IMG/VR virus record: IMGVR_UViG_3300045557_000071
Location: 1-40,918 of that record
Length of the DNA stretch: 40,918 nt
Direction: 5' to 3' (one strand)
Source: a virus
Taxonomy: Duplodnaviria; Caudoviricetes
In this document: positions 7,502-16,636 of the stretch, piece after piece
How positions within the stretch are numbered: the first letter of the stretch is position 1
How the letters are laid out: every line of letters begins with the position of its first letter
Notes under the pieces: generated by a model
The model's input: only the letters and a program-made list of their open reading frames with translations
The model's database searches: none
What the model was told of the DNA's origin: nothing
Position numbers and translations under genes: made by a program

Positions 7502-8262
7502 AGGAGCGAATAATGATGATACTTGAAAATGCAATTAAGGATACGATCAACGCTAAACTATCGGACGGTACAGTCGAAAAATTAATCGGCGAACACCTAG
7601 AAAAGGGCATCTCATCAGCTTTGAACGATCTGTTTCGTAGCTACGGCGACATCAACAAAATGATCGAAAACAAGCTCAAAGAAGCGATGGTGCCTTATTT
7701 CGAGCAGCATAGCTTCGCTGACTCCGTGGTCAAGCTTGATGCTGTATTGACGCAGGTTATCCAGAGTTCTGCCGCAGCGGAAAACAAAAAACTGCTGGAA
7801 AATTTTAAAAGCTTGATGATGCCGGTGGACGACAAAGAGCTGACCGCGTCAAAACTGTTTGAAAAATGGTCGAAGTATGTTGCTGCGCATGTAGACACAG
7901 ACGACCTGGAAGTTATCATCGATGACGGAGCATACTACGAGCCGGTCGATGTTTGCATGCAGCTTGAAGTCCAGAAAGGCCGAAGCTATTCCGTTTACGA
8001 TTATGGCACCTTGTTTTTCTCCTGCGAGCATGATGAAGAAATGAACTTCGCCGTGCCGGTAAGCCGCTGGAAACAATCAAAAGACAGCAAATGGGATATG
8101 TCGTTCCGGACCACGGCTGACATCTCTTCGCTTCGCCGTCTGAATGATTTTGAAATTTATCTGATGCGCCTGTCCCAAGCCGGTGTAAAGATCGAAATCG
8201 ATACTGAATCCGAAACTGACAGCATTACGCCCGACAAAGAGCCGGAGCCGGAATACAGATAG
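7498..8262 (+). CDS. Hypothetical phage protein
   Basis: 254-aa acidic ORF with GTGA overlap to the upstream gene. Confidence 0.8.
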   Translation: MKERIMMILENAIKDTINAKLSDGTVEKLIGEHLEKGISSALNDLFRSYGDINKMIENKLKEAMVPYFEQHSFADSVVKLDAVLTQVIQSSAAAENKKLLENFKSLMMPVDDKELTASKLFEKWSKYVAAHVDTDDLEVIIDDGAYYEPVDVCMQLEVQKGRSYSVYDYGTLFFSCEHDEEMNFAVPVSRWKQSKDSKWDMSFRTTADISSLRRLNDFEIYLMRLSQAGVKIEIDTESETDSITPDKEPEPEYR

Positions 8263-8288
8263 AAATATTTTGATAAGGAAGTGAACGT

Positions 8289-8426
8289 ATGTTCATAGCA
8301 TATCCGTATTTGTTGCTCCTGGTTGCCGCATGCTTGTTCGGCGGCGCTTTTGTTGGACTGTACGTGGCGTCGGTATATCAGGTTAGCGTGTACGTATCCG
8401 AGGAAGAGGAGGACGAGCGGGGATGA
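8289..8426 (+). CDS. 45-aa membrane peptide (absent from ORF track)
   Basis: MFIAYPYLLLLVAACLFGGAFVGLYVASVYQVSVYVSEEEEDERG; AAGGAAGT RBS; ATGA overlap with next gene. Confidence 0.6.
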   Translation: MFIAYPYLLLLVAACLFGGAFVGLYVASVYQVSVYVSEEEEDERG

Positions 8427-8671
8427 AAAACAAGCTTTCAGATTTGAACGATCACTTGTTCGCTGAACTCGAGCGACTGGGCGACGAAGAATTGGTCGGT
8501 GATAAATTGGGAGAGGAGATTCTGCGGGCCAAGGCAGTGACCGATGTCGCGCAGCAGATTATTGCAAATGCCAATACTGTCGTAAAGGCCCAGGCGATCA
8601 TGGCGTCGATCGGCGGTGGCGTGAAAAATGAAAACAACCGGTCGATCCTGCTTAGAATGATTGATGCATAG
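8423..8671 (+). CDS. Conserved phage protein usually preceding an HNH gene
   Basis: MKNKLSDLNDHLFAELERL...EEI.RAKAV..VA.QII.NA. Confidence 0.8.
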   Translation: MKNKLSDLNDHLFAELERLGDEELVGDKLGEEILRAKAVTDVAQQIIANANTVVKAQAIMASIGGGVKNENNRSILLRMIDA

Positions 8672-8676
8672 CCGCC

Positions 8677-9303
8677 ATGGGAAGAAAGTATACAGAAGAG
8701 CATATCCAGTTCATTGCCGACAATATTGCCGGTCGCAGCCATAGGGAAATGGCTGATATGTTTAACAAGCACTTCGGGACCGATATTCCGCAGAAGAAGA
8801 TTATGTCGCTTTCGTTTACCCATGGATTAAAAAATGGTCGTGACTGTCGGCTGCATAAAGGCCACGAACCGACGCAGTTTCAGAAAGGCTCCGTTCCGTG
8901 GAACAAAGGGATGAAGGGGCTGGCGATTGGTGGAGAGGCTACTCGGTTCAAGAAAGGCCAGCGAGGGCGGAACTGGCTGCCGATCGGAACTGAGCGCGTG
9001 AATACTGACGGTTATGTTGATGTGAAAATTGCAGAACGCAAGTGGCGACAGAAAAATATCCTGATATGGGAAGCGGCAAATGGCCCGATACCAAAAGGAC
9101 ATTGCCTTATCTTCGCCGACAGTAACCCGCTGAACGTGACGCTGGATAATCTGATTCTGATTACCAGGGCTGAGTTGGCGGTGATGAACAGGCGGGGGCT
9201 AATTGCACAAAGTGCTGAACTAACAAAAGTTGGAGTCACGGTTGCGAAGGTTATGCGGAAGGTTGCCGAGCGAAAACGAAATGGAAAGGTGGCGGAAGGA
9301 TGA
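8677..9303 (+). CDS. HNH endonuclease-like protein
   Basis: FQKG.VPWNKG, PIGTER...DGY..VK, IWEAANGPIPKG..LIF.D.N.LN...DNL. Confidence 0.8.
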   Translation: MGRKYTEEHIQFIADNIAGRSHREMADMFNKHFGTDIPQKKIMSLSFTHGLKNGRDCRLHKGHEPTQFQKGSVPWNKGMKGLAIGGEATRFKKGQRGRNWLPIGTERVNTDGYVDVKIAERKWRQKNILIWEAANGPIPKGHCLIFADSNPLNVTLDNLILITRAELAVMNRRGLIAQSAELTKVGVTVAKVMRKVAERKRNGKVAEG

Positions 9304-9541
9304 AGGCACTGACAATATTGCAGCCATGGGCCAGCTTGATTGCCTGTGGGGCGAAGATGATCGAAACGCGGTCCTGGGCAACGTCGCACAGGGGAGAGAT
9401 CGCGATACACGCGGCGCTGGCCGAGCTATTAAAGGAAAAGACGAAACAAAAGAATGGTATGCTGCAAATAAGGAAAAGATGGTTTTGCACCCAGAGACAA
9501 GGGCGTGGGTTGAAGATCAATTGCTTGGAGAGAATCCGTGA
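9300..9541 (+). pseudogene. Chimeric remnant: ASCH-domain 5' end joined out of frame to the 3' end of a DUF5662-like gene
   Basis: MKALTILQPWASLIA.G.K.IETRSW....RG.IAIHAA stops resembling ASCH at ~9416; another frame from 9410 reads RGAGRAIKG...WYAANKEKMVLHPETRAWVE and ends coupled to the next gene. Confidence 0.7.
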
Positions 9542-9921
9542 TGGACAGCAAACAAGTGATTGAACTTTTAGCAGGCGCAATGGGAATAAGCTGTCGAGGC
9601 AAGGACGGCTGCCGTGTGGTTTGCGTTTTGCGGTGGGAAGATGTCCAGGCGATCTCGTCAGTAATCCAAGATCGGGACGAACAACTTCGTGACGCCACGA
9701 AAAAGATTAATAGGCTGCAGTTCATGCTGGAACGGGCGATTTATGAGCTGGTTGACAACGCCCTTGTAAATTGCCCGCCGGACGCCTGGATAGATTGGTC
9801 ACCGGATGGGAAAGGGCAGTTGTGCGACGATTGCCCATTAACGCCAGAACTTTGCCGGAGCTGTTGGCGAAAATATTTTGAATCGGAGGTAGCTGATGAA
9901 GATACGGACGATTGCGGTTGA
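9538..9921 (+). CDS. Hypothetical Cys-rich protein
   Basis: Coupled ORF with coiled coil and C-terminal CDDC...CRSCW. Confidence 0.65.
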   Translation: MMDSKQVIELLAGAMGISCRGKDGCRVVCVLRWEDVQAISSVIQDRDEQLRDATKKINRLQFMLERAIYELVDNALVNCPPDAWIDWSPDGKGQLCDDCPLTPELCRSCWRKYFESEVADEDTDDCG

Positions 9922-10288
9922 TTTTGACGGAACGATTGTTGAGGACAAATACCCGGAGATCGGGCCGCTTATTCCAGAAGCCAGGGACGTGCTGAACAAG
10001 TACCGCGCATTGGGCGGCCAGGTAGTTTTGTGGACCTGCCGATCGGGAGCAGACCTGTCGAACGCCTGTTTGTTTTTGTATAGACACGGGATACACGTCG
10101 ATGCAATTAACTGCCACATTCCGGAGCGGCTGGAAGCGTTTCGCCAGGCATATCCGCATATCCCGGCAGTTGACCTGGAATGTCGCAAAATTCCGGCGGA
10201 TATGTATATCGATGATCGGAATCCCGGTGGCGCAGATTGGGGATTGGTGGCGGAGCTGCTTTTTGGCGGCGAGGACGGTGCGGCATGA
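9896..10288 (+). CDS. HAD-superfamily phosphatase-like protein
   Basis: IAVDFDGTIV (motif I), LWTCR (II), RKI.ADMYIDDR (III/IV); GGAGGT RBS. Confidence 0.88.
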   Translation: MKIRTIAVDFDGTIVEDKYPEIGPLIPEARDVLNKYRALGGQVVLWTCRSGADLSNACLFLYRHGIHVDAINCHIPERLEAFRQAYPHIPAVDLECRKIPADMYIDDRNPGGADWGLVAELLFGGEDGAA

Positions 10289-10680
10289 TGGAGCGGATCA
10301 CGAAAGAAGACCTTCAACAACATGCAGATGCCGGACGATCCATAGAGGATGTTGCCAAGTTCTATGGCAAGACCTACCGGGCGATATATCAGATGTGCGT
10401 AAAAAAGAAGGTTTCGTTGGCTGGGTTTAAGCCTCGGCCTCGTAAAGAAAAGGAACCCGTCATGATAACGGGATCACCCATTGTAGTTCGACTCCCGGTG
10501 GCGGAGTCTATTGCGGAAGACTCGGGAGCGGAAAAAACATCCACGCGGATCCGGGCGAGCAGCGCGATCATGAAAGAAATTGTAGACTGCGATTTGCACA
10601 TTCGCCGGATCAACCGGCGCCGGGCGCAGTTATTAAATGAACTGACAGATTCGTTTGACCAGGAATCAGGACAGAAATAA
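10285..10680 (+). CDS. Hypothetical protein with N-terminal HTH-like segment
   Basis: SIEDVAKFYGKTYRAIYQ; ATGA overlap. Confidence 0.65.
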   Translation: MMERITKEDLQQHADAGRSIEDVAKFYGKTYRAIYQMCVKKKVSLAGFKPRPRKEKEPVMITGSPIVVRLPVAESIAEDSGAEKTSTRIRASSAIMKEIVDCDLHIRRINRRRAQLLNELTDSFDQESGQK

Positions 10681-10702
10681 ATTAGCGCAATAGGGGTGCA
10701 CT

Positions 10703-11638
10703 ATGAGCAGTCAATGGGTTCGGGTATATACGGAGATAACACGCGACCGAAAGCTGCGTCGGTATCCGGCCAGTGTGCGTTGGGCCTGGGTCACTATTCT
10801 TTGCATGGCAAAGGAATCGCCTATCCCTGGTGTTCTGTTGTTAAGCGCATCAGTACCTATTACTGCGGAAGACATCGCTGATGAAGCGGCGCTTTCGGTT
10901 GAGGAAACGCAGCAAGCCCTTGAAGCTTTTATTGTGCAGGACATGCTGGAAATTATTGAAGACGGAGTTTTGCGCTTAATAAACTGGGACGAAAGGCAGT
11001 TTGAGTCTGACAATAGTTCTGAACGTTCGCGCCGGCACCGTAATAAAAAACAAAGCAACGTTTCCGCAACGGATTTGCAACGTTGCAGTAACGTTGCAGC
11101 AACGCCCCCAGATACAGACACAGAAGCAGATACAGAAGTATTATCGTCTCCTAACGGAGACTCGTCGCCGGAGCTATTTGGCGATGGTGATTTGGTTGAG
11201 GAGGGTGGCGAAGAACGGGTTGCCAAAACGCAAGTGCCGTATCTGCAAATTGTTGATCTTTATCACGAGTGCTGTCCGTCACTTGCCAAGGTTCGGCAAC
11301 TGACGAAGAAGCGCCGGCAATTGATCAAGGCAAGATGGCCAGGATCGCTTGAACCGTTTCGTCTGGTGTTCTCTCGCGCAGAGCAGTCTGATTTTCTAAC
11401 AGGTCGTAAACCGTCCAGGGATCATCCATCCTGGGTGGCGGATCTGGAGTTTATTTTGCGCGAGGAGTCTTGGGCGAAAATCAGCGAAGGAAAGTATGAC
11501 AACCGGGGAGCGCCAGTGGCGATGCCGAAGATTCCCCCGGCGTATCAGTCGATTTTCGATGCAGTTGCGAGGAGGCGAGAACGTGACTTACGAGGAGACG
11601 GCGGAAATTGTGATTCTAGTGCTCGGAGCATTCCCTGA
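10703..11638 (+). CDS. Phage replication initiator / replisome organiser
   Basis: WVRVY.EI..D.KL...LINWDERQFESD..SER.RRHR N-domain; DTDTEADTE linker; C-terminal SDFL.G...W.ADLEFIL...KI.EGKYDN. Confidence 0.85.
   Translation: MSSQWVRVYTEITRDRKLRRYPASVRWAWVTILCMAKESPIPGVLLLSASVPITAEDIADEAALSVEETQQALEAFIVQDMLEIIEDGVLRLINWDERQFESDNSSERSRRHRNKKQSNVSATDLQRCSNVAATPPDTDTEADTEVLSSPNGDSSPELFGDGDLVEEGGEERVAKTQVPYLQIVDLYHECCPSLAKVRQLTKKRRQLIKARWPGSLEPFRLVFSRAEQSDFLTGRKPSRDHPSWVADLEFILREESWAKISEGKYDNRGAPVAMPKIPPAYQSIFDAVARRRERDLRGDGGNCDSSARSIP
11055..11138 (+). repeat. Putative replication origin: iterons within the initiator gene
   Basis: G(C/T)AACG at 11055, 11066, 11077, 11088, 11099 (exact 11-bp period), then five CAGAnn hexamers at 11109-11138. 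Confidence 0.7.
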
Positions 11639-12167
11639 ACTTGCGAGCAGACAGAATACAAACATGGCTCCAACTTTTGAAACTTGGTATCAGGTGCTTG
11701 GATCTCTGGATGAAGAGGTAGCAAGATGCGCGGCCATTGATCTGCTGGACGAATGTAAGTCGTTTCCAGCTCCGTCGCAGGTGCTGGCTCAGGCGCGGGA
11801 GATCATGCGCAAGAAAGACCCGGTGTTGGCATTGCCGCCAGCAGAAGGATTTGTGTCGCCGGAGCGGGCGCGGGAGATTGTTCAGGCGATCAAGGACGGG
11901 ACTGCCAAAAAGATGGCGCTTGGTGTCAGTACGGAAAAGGACGAAGAATTTGCGCGCAAGCTGTTTCCTGGAATCGGCGACGAAGTGGTTCGAAAAAACA
12001 TTTTGGAGTTCAAGTATGCCAGGCAGCGCAGCGAGACCTGCACCGGATGTTTCGCGCTCGTCCAGTGCCCGACAAATGGGTTGACGCCAAAACTTACCTT
12101 GCGTTATGACGGTGTTGTGATGATGAAAATGGTTCCCTGTAATCTTTCTCGGCAGGCATCGTCATGA
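11583..12167 (+). CDS. Putative helicase loader/inhibitor (G39P-like N-terminus)
   Basis: MTYEETAEIV.LV.GAFP...TW..VL..L......A...L....SFPAPSQV directly after the initiator. Confidence 0.65.
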   Translation: MTYEETAEIVILVLGAFPELASRQNTNMAPTFETWYQVLGSLDEEVARCAAIDLLDECKSFPAPSQVLAQAREIMRKKDPVLALPPAEGFVSPERAREIVQAIKDGTAKKMALGVSTEKDEEFARKLFPGIGDEVVRKNILEFKYARQRSETCTGCFALVQCPTNGLTPKLTLRYDGVVMMKMVPCNLSRQASS

Positions 12168-12385
12168 AGCGCTGCCAGATTACCACACGGCAACAAGAAT
12201 TTATTCGGCGTCAGGCTGCGGCAGGGAAGTCTGATTGCCAGATATCTCAGGAAACAGGAATTCCTCGAACAACGGTGAGGTGGCATAGAATTTATGGAAA
12301 GGTGGCGGAGATATGCGGCAGGAAAAGAGACTTAAGCGCAGATGTGGCGATTGTGTGCATTGCAACGGCGACGCTTACAAAGTGA
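12164..12385 (+). CDS. Small HTH protein
   Basis: GKSDCQISQETGIPRTTVRWH; ATGA overlap. Confidence 0.55.
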   Translation: MKRCQITTRQQEFIRRQAAAGKSDCQISQETGIPRTTVRWHRIYGKVAEICGRKRDLSADVAIVCIATATLTK

Positions 12386-12561
12386 TTCGAATCCATGTGT
12401 GCTATGAAATCGGCACTTCACTTGGGGGGGGCAGCCGCACACCGATGGAAGTGAAGGAAACTTCAACGCAGGCTGAAATTTGTGGTAGCTTTATAGCGAA
12501 ACCAGTGGAGGAAGAAAAGCTTAAAACGTTTTTGAGCAAAACTCTTAATTCCTTTCATTGA
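12313..12561 (+). CDS. Hypothetical Cys-containing protein
   Basis: CGDCVHC...C...C.SF; GGAG RBS. Confidence 0.55.
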   Translation: MRQEKRLKRRCGDCVHCNGDAYKVIRIHVCYEIGTSLGGGSRTPMEVKETSTQAEICGSFIAKPVEEEKLKTFLSKTLNSFH

Positions 12562-12602
12562 GGAAATAAATATTGCGAAAAACAAAAGCTATTGACAGCC
12601 CG

Positions 12603-12641
12603 AACGGGGCCAGCAAATTCAAGTGCTGACCTCGTTTTTTT
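12603..12641 (+). terminator. Intrinsic terminator-like hairpin at the early/late boundary
   Basis: AACGGGGCCAGCA-aattcaag-TGCTGACCTCGTT ending in a T7 run. Confidence 0.65.
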
Positions 12642-12740
12642 ATTGCCTTGTTCCGGTGGCGGAAGCAGGAATAATTTTTTAAATATCCAATGGACTGACA
12701 GCTTAAAAAGATTCGAGTGTTCAGAAGGGAGGCGTGGCTA

Positions 12741-13277
12741 ATGTCAAATGATGATTCTGCAAAAAAAAACGGCAAAACGTCGCGTTCTTCTGCGGGACGC
12801 CATAGAAAATGGGAACTGTTAAACATCAAGGATAAGCTGGATAGTATTCGCGGTTGGTCTTTGCACGGATCTACTGACGTAGAAATTGCAAAAATGCTGG
12901 GAGTTTCTAAAACAGTTCTTTATGAATGGAAAAATGAATACCCGGAATTTGCGGAGGCAATAAAAAAGGGGAAGGATATTTCAAACGGCGAGATTCTTAA
13001 TTCGGCGTTTAAGCAAGCAACTGGCTTTTATGTTAAAGAACAGATGGCCGTCAAGGTCAGGACTAATGAAGAGGTTCCTACAGCGGACGGTAAGGGAACA
13101 AAATGGCTGCCCGCCGAAAAAATCGAAGTCGTTGACGTGATCAAGTTTGTGCCGGCCAACTCAACCATGGCGATATTCATGCTCAAAAACCGACTGCCAG
13201 CAGATTACAAGGACAAACAAATACATGAACACTCTGGAACTGACGGCGGGCCGGTGGTTCTTAAATGGCAAGAGTAG
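12741..13277 (+). CDS. terS: Terminase small subunit
   Basis: HTH (TDVEIAKMLGVSKTVLYEWK.EYPEFAEAIKKGK), IFMLKNR.P..YKDK, EHSG.DGGP tail; directly upstream of terL. Confidence 0.8.
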   Translation: MSNDDSAKKNGKTSRSSAGRHRKWELLNIKDKLDSIRGWSLHGSTDVEIAKMLGVSKTVLYEWKNEYPEFAEAIKKGKDISNGEILNSAFKQATGFYVKEQMAVKVRTNEEVPTADGKGTKWLPAEKIEVVDVIKFVPANSTMAIFMLKNRLPADYKDKQIHEHSGTDGGPVVLKWQE

Positions 13278-14590
13278 TTGAACTCCCGTACAGGCCAAGA
13301 TTTCCACAGACACTGATTCATCCAGAGATAGAAAACCACAGATTTTCCTTGATCGTAGCGCATCGCCGACTTGGCAAAACAGTCATGGCCCTGAACCACA
13401 CGATCAAGAAGGCGTCACAGTGTCCGCTTAGACAGCCTCGATATGCGTATGTAGCCCCGTTCCTGAAACAGGCAAAGATGATTGCCTGGGAATACCTGAA
13501 GTATTACACGGGGCCGATTCCTGGAGTCAGGTACAACGAATCGGAATTGTACGCAGAACTACCGAACGCTGCCAGAATCTATCTGGTCGGTGCAGACAAT
13601 CCGGACTCGTTGCGCGGTATCTATCTGGACGGGGTTGTTCTGGATGAGTTTGCACAGTTCAAGCCAGGTGTGTGGGAAGAAATAATACGACCTGCGTTGT
13701 CTGACCGGAATGGTTGGGCGCTCTGGATCGGGACGCCAAAAGGACAGAACGCATTTTACGAAATGTATCAGCTGGCACTCAAACGGATGAACGATGGAGA
13801 TTCAGACTGGTACTGTGCATTATATCGAGCCGATGAAACGGGAGTAATTTCCCCGGAAGAATTAGAGCAATTACGTGATACGCTTCCAGAATCCTCATTC
13901 CGTCAGGAGTTCCTGTGTGACTTCACGGCTGCAGCGGACAATGTTTTGATCACCATCGACCTGGTAAGCAAGGCGGCGTCACGGATCTATAAGGCGAGCG
14001 ACATTGACGGCGCGGTTAAGGTGATCGGTGTTGACGTAGCAAGGTTCGGAGATGACCGGTCGAGTATTATCCGGCGTCAGGGATTGCAAGCCTTCAATCC
14101 AATTGTGGGGCGAGGATGGGACTTGATGCATCTTGTCGGCAGGATTGTATCGGAGATTCGGGAGTTCAATCCGGACATGACTTTTGTTGATGAGACAGGA
14201 ATCGGGGCTGGTGTTGTGGATCGGCTTAAACAACTCAACTATGAAGTAATGGGAGTTAATTTCGGTTCGCGGGCTACGAAGGAAACGCAGTACGCAGACA
14301 AGCGAACCGAGATGTGGGACGAAACAAGGCAGTGGCTTGAATTTGGTGGAGCGTTGCCTAACCATCCAGAAATGAAAACGGATTTGGTTGTGCCGACATA
14401 TAGTTTTGATCCTAGCAACAGGATGCGACTGGAATCAAAAAAGGATATGAAGGCTCGCGGTTGCCAGTCTCCAGACGTGGGAGAAGCGCTTGTGGTTACA
14501 TTCGCATATCCGGTTCGTGCAAAATCAAGTCTTTTAATACCGAGAACTCAAGTAAAGGCTAACACTGGTTACAACGTTCTGAGGAGGTAA
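13265..14590 (+). CDS. terL: Terminase large subunit
   Basis: Walker A AHRRLGKT, Walker B VVLDE, IGTPKG, RQEFLC, RNase H-like GVDVARFGDD and SPD motif. Confidence 0.96.
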   Translation: MARVVELPYRPRFPQTLIHPEIENHRFSLIVAHRRLGKTVMALNHTIKKASQCPLRQPRYAYVAPFLKQAKMIAWEYLKYYTGPIPGVRYNESELYAELPNAARIYLVGADNPDSLRGIYLDGVVLDEFAQFKPGVWEEIIRPALSDRNGWALWIGTPKGQNAFYEMYQLALKRMNDGDSDWYCALYRADETGVISPEELEQLRDTLPESSFRQEFLCDFTAAADNVLITIDLVSKAASRIYKASDIDGAVKVIGVDVARFGDDRSSIIRRQGLQAFNPIVGRGWDLMHLVGRIVSEIREFNPDMTFVDETGIGAGVVDRLKQLNYEVMGVNFGSRATKETQYADKRTEMWDETRQWLEFGGALPNHPEMKTDLVVPTYSFDPSNRMRLESKKDMKARGCQSPDVGEALVVTFAYPVRAKSSLLIPRTQVKANTGYNVLRR

Positions 14591-14595
14591 ATCAT

Positions 14596-14898
14596 ATGTG
14601 TGCAGCAGTTCTTCCATGGATAACGGCAGCGGCGGGAGCTGCGTCGGTGGTTTCAGCGTTCAACAAGCCAAACGTTCCGGACGCACCGGCTCCGGTGACA
14701 ATCGAGCCGACTCCGGCCACGCCGACTTCGCAGGATGTTTCATCTAAGGTCACTGATAACAACGTCTTGTCGGATGCGCGGGAGCGTAGACGCGTTGCAG
14801 CATCTTGGTATTCTACCAACAAGACTGCCGGAGTGGCAGATGCGCCGGCGGTAAAGAAAACATTGCTCGGTGGTTTATCCACGACATTGGGAGGATAA
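14596..14898 (+). CDS. Small virion-associated protein
   Basis: MC-start, Pro/Ala-rich, KKTLLG end; typical gene between terL and portal in this phage group. Confidence 0.7.
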   Translation: MCAAVLPWITAAAGAASVVSAFNKPNVPDAPAPVTIEPTPATPTSQDVSSKVTDNNVLSDARERRRVAASWYSTNKTAGVADAPAVKKTLLGGLSTTLGG

Positions 14899-14899
14899 G

Positions 14900-16636
14900 A
14901 TGGGCGCGACGCTGCTGACATCCATTGACGCGGAATCGCCGCAAAAAATGAAGCCGAATAAGGATCGCCTGGTTATCGAGCGCAAATCGGTGCAGAAGCG
15001 GTATGATGCTTTATTCGAAGAGCAAAAGAAATGGGTGCCGAAGTGGAAGGAAATTCGGGACTATATTGCGCCGTGGTCAGGCGTGTTCGAAAGCGAAAGC
15101 AAAAAGCAGCACGCCCGGCGAGATGACAAGATCTTTGATGGCACTGGGTTTGATGCAGGAAATATTCTTGCAGCAGGAATCATGTTCGGACTGACACCGC
15201 GCAGCCGGCAATGGTACAAGCTAGGGTCAGAGGATCCTGAATTGAACCAGTGGGAGCCGGCAAGAATGCATCTTGAAGAAGTGCAGTCTATCCTGTATTC
15301 CGGCTTGGCCCGTTCAAACGCCTACAACAGTATGCACATGCTCTATGGTGAGTCGGGGACGTTTGGCACAGGAGCTATGGGAAGCTGGGAAAGCGTTGAC
15401 CGCATGTTCCGGACCCGTTCTTTCGCAATCGGGACCTATGCGCTCGGCACCGATGCTTACGGTATGGTGAATCGGTTTGCCAGAGAAATCGAAATGACGC
15501 CAGAGCATATGGCGCAAGTGTTCGGTAAAGATGATCTGCCGCCGGAAGTTAAGAGCAAGTTGTCTGATGGAAACATCAGCGACAAACATTCTATCTTTCA
15601 CATGATCGAACCAAACAGCGATTACGTTCCTTCCTGCATCATGCTTCAGGGAATGCCGTTCCGGGAGTTTTATTGGCTGAAGGATTCCAAGGAAGAAAAG
15701 GCGCTTTCGGTGCAAGGTTACTATGAGTTCCCGATTCATGCGCCGCGCTGGCTGGTTCCGGATGAAGGGATTTATGGGTACGGTCCTGGATGGTTTGCCC
15801 TTGCGGAAAGTCGCGGACTGCAGCTCATGAGCGAGGACGTACTTGTTGCGCTGGAGCTGATGATTAAGCCGCCAGTGAGTGTAACAAATGAAGCGTTTGC
15901 ATATGGCGTAAACCTATTCCCAGGCGGCGTAAACATTCAAGACGGCAACAATCTTCAACAAAATGCAGCTCGCCCGGTGTTCCAGGTGCAGATGAACATC
16001 GAGCAGGTGGAAATGAAGATCGAGCGGATCCAGCAGGTAATTAAGCGGAGGTTCTTTGCGGATCTGTTCATGATGCTGGATGCTCTCAAAAACAACAAAA
16101 TGACCGCGCGGGAAGTCATTGAGCGCAGCCAGGAGAAAATGACGCTGCTTGGCCCGTCGATCGAGCGATACCAGACAGAGCTGCTTGATCCTTTCATCTC
16201 CCGCGCCTATAGCATCGCCCTACGGCAGGGGAGGTTACCACCGCCGCCTCGTGAACTGGTTGGCCGGGAGCTGAAAGTCGAATACGTTTCGCCGTTGTCG
16301 TTGGCGCAGAAGGCATCGGGAATCACGGCTCTTGAACAGGGATTGGCGATTGCGTTAAATCTGTCCACCGCTTTCCCGAATGTACGCAAGAAAATCAAGG
16401 AGCTGGAAGCGGTCGACCGTTACTGGGATATGCTTGGCATTCCTACGGGCATACTACGTACAGACGAAGAGGTAGAGGCAATGGTCAAGGAAGAGCAGGC
16501 AATGATGGCGCGGCAATTGCAGCAAGAACAGATGATGCAGGCAACGGAAGCAGCAAAAAACCTTTCGCAAGCTGATATGTCAGGCAAAAATGTTCTTACG
16601 GCAGCACTTGGGGCAGGGCCGGGGGTTCAGGTATGA
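14900..16636 (+). CDS. Portal / head-tail connector (T7 gp8/Bbp21-like)
   Basis: LAAGIMFGLTP.SRQW, PRW.....IYG.GPG, MTAREV.ER.QEK...LGP, LKVEYVSPL..AQ. Confidence 0.93.
   Translation: MGATLLTSIDAESPQKMKPNKDRLVIERKSVQKRYDALFEEQKKWVPKWKEIRDYIAPWSGVFESESKKQHARRDDKIFDGTGFDAGNILAAGIMFGLTPRSRQWYKLGSEDPELNQWEPARMHLEEVQSILYSGLARSNAYNSMHMLYGESGTFGTGAMGSWESVDRMFRTRSFAIGTYALGTDAYGMVNRFAREIEMTPEHMAQVFGKDDLPPEVKSKLSDGNISDKHSIFHMIEPNSDYVPSCIMLQGMPFREFYWLKDSKEEKALSVQGYYEFPIHAPRWLVPDEGIYGYGPGWFALAESRGLQLMSEDVLVALELMIKPPVSVTNEAFAYGVNLFPGGVNIQDGNNLQQNAARPVFQVQMNIEQVEMKIERIQQVIKRRFFADLFMMLDALKNNKMTAREVIERSQEKMTLLGPSIERYQTELLDPFISRAYSIALRQGRLPPPPRELVGRELKVEYVSPLSLAQKASGITALEQGLAIALNLSTAFPNVRKKIKELEAVDRYWDMLGIPTGILRTDEEVEAMVKEEQAMMARQLQQEQMMQATEAAKNLSQADMSGKNVLTAALGAGPGVQV

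Noticed and set aside
9300-9563. Intact 87-aa ASCH protein as given in the ORF track
   Set aside because: Sequence after IHAA lacks the rest of the ASCH fold and runs into the next gene; better explained as a deletion chimera
12592-12622. Canonical sigmaA late promoter at TTGACA
   Set aside because: No acceptable -10 hexamer at 16-18 bp spacing; kept only as part of the boundary finding
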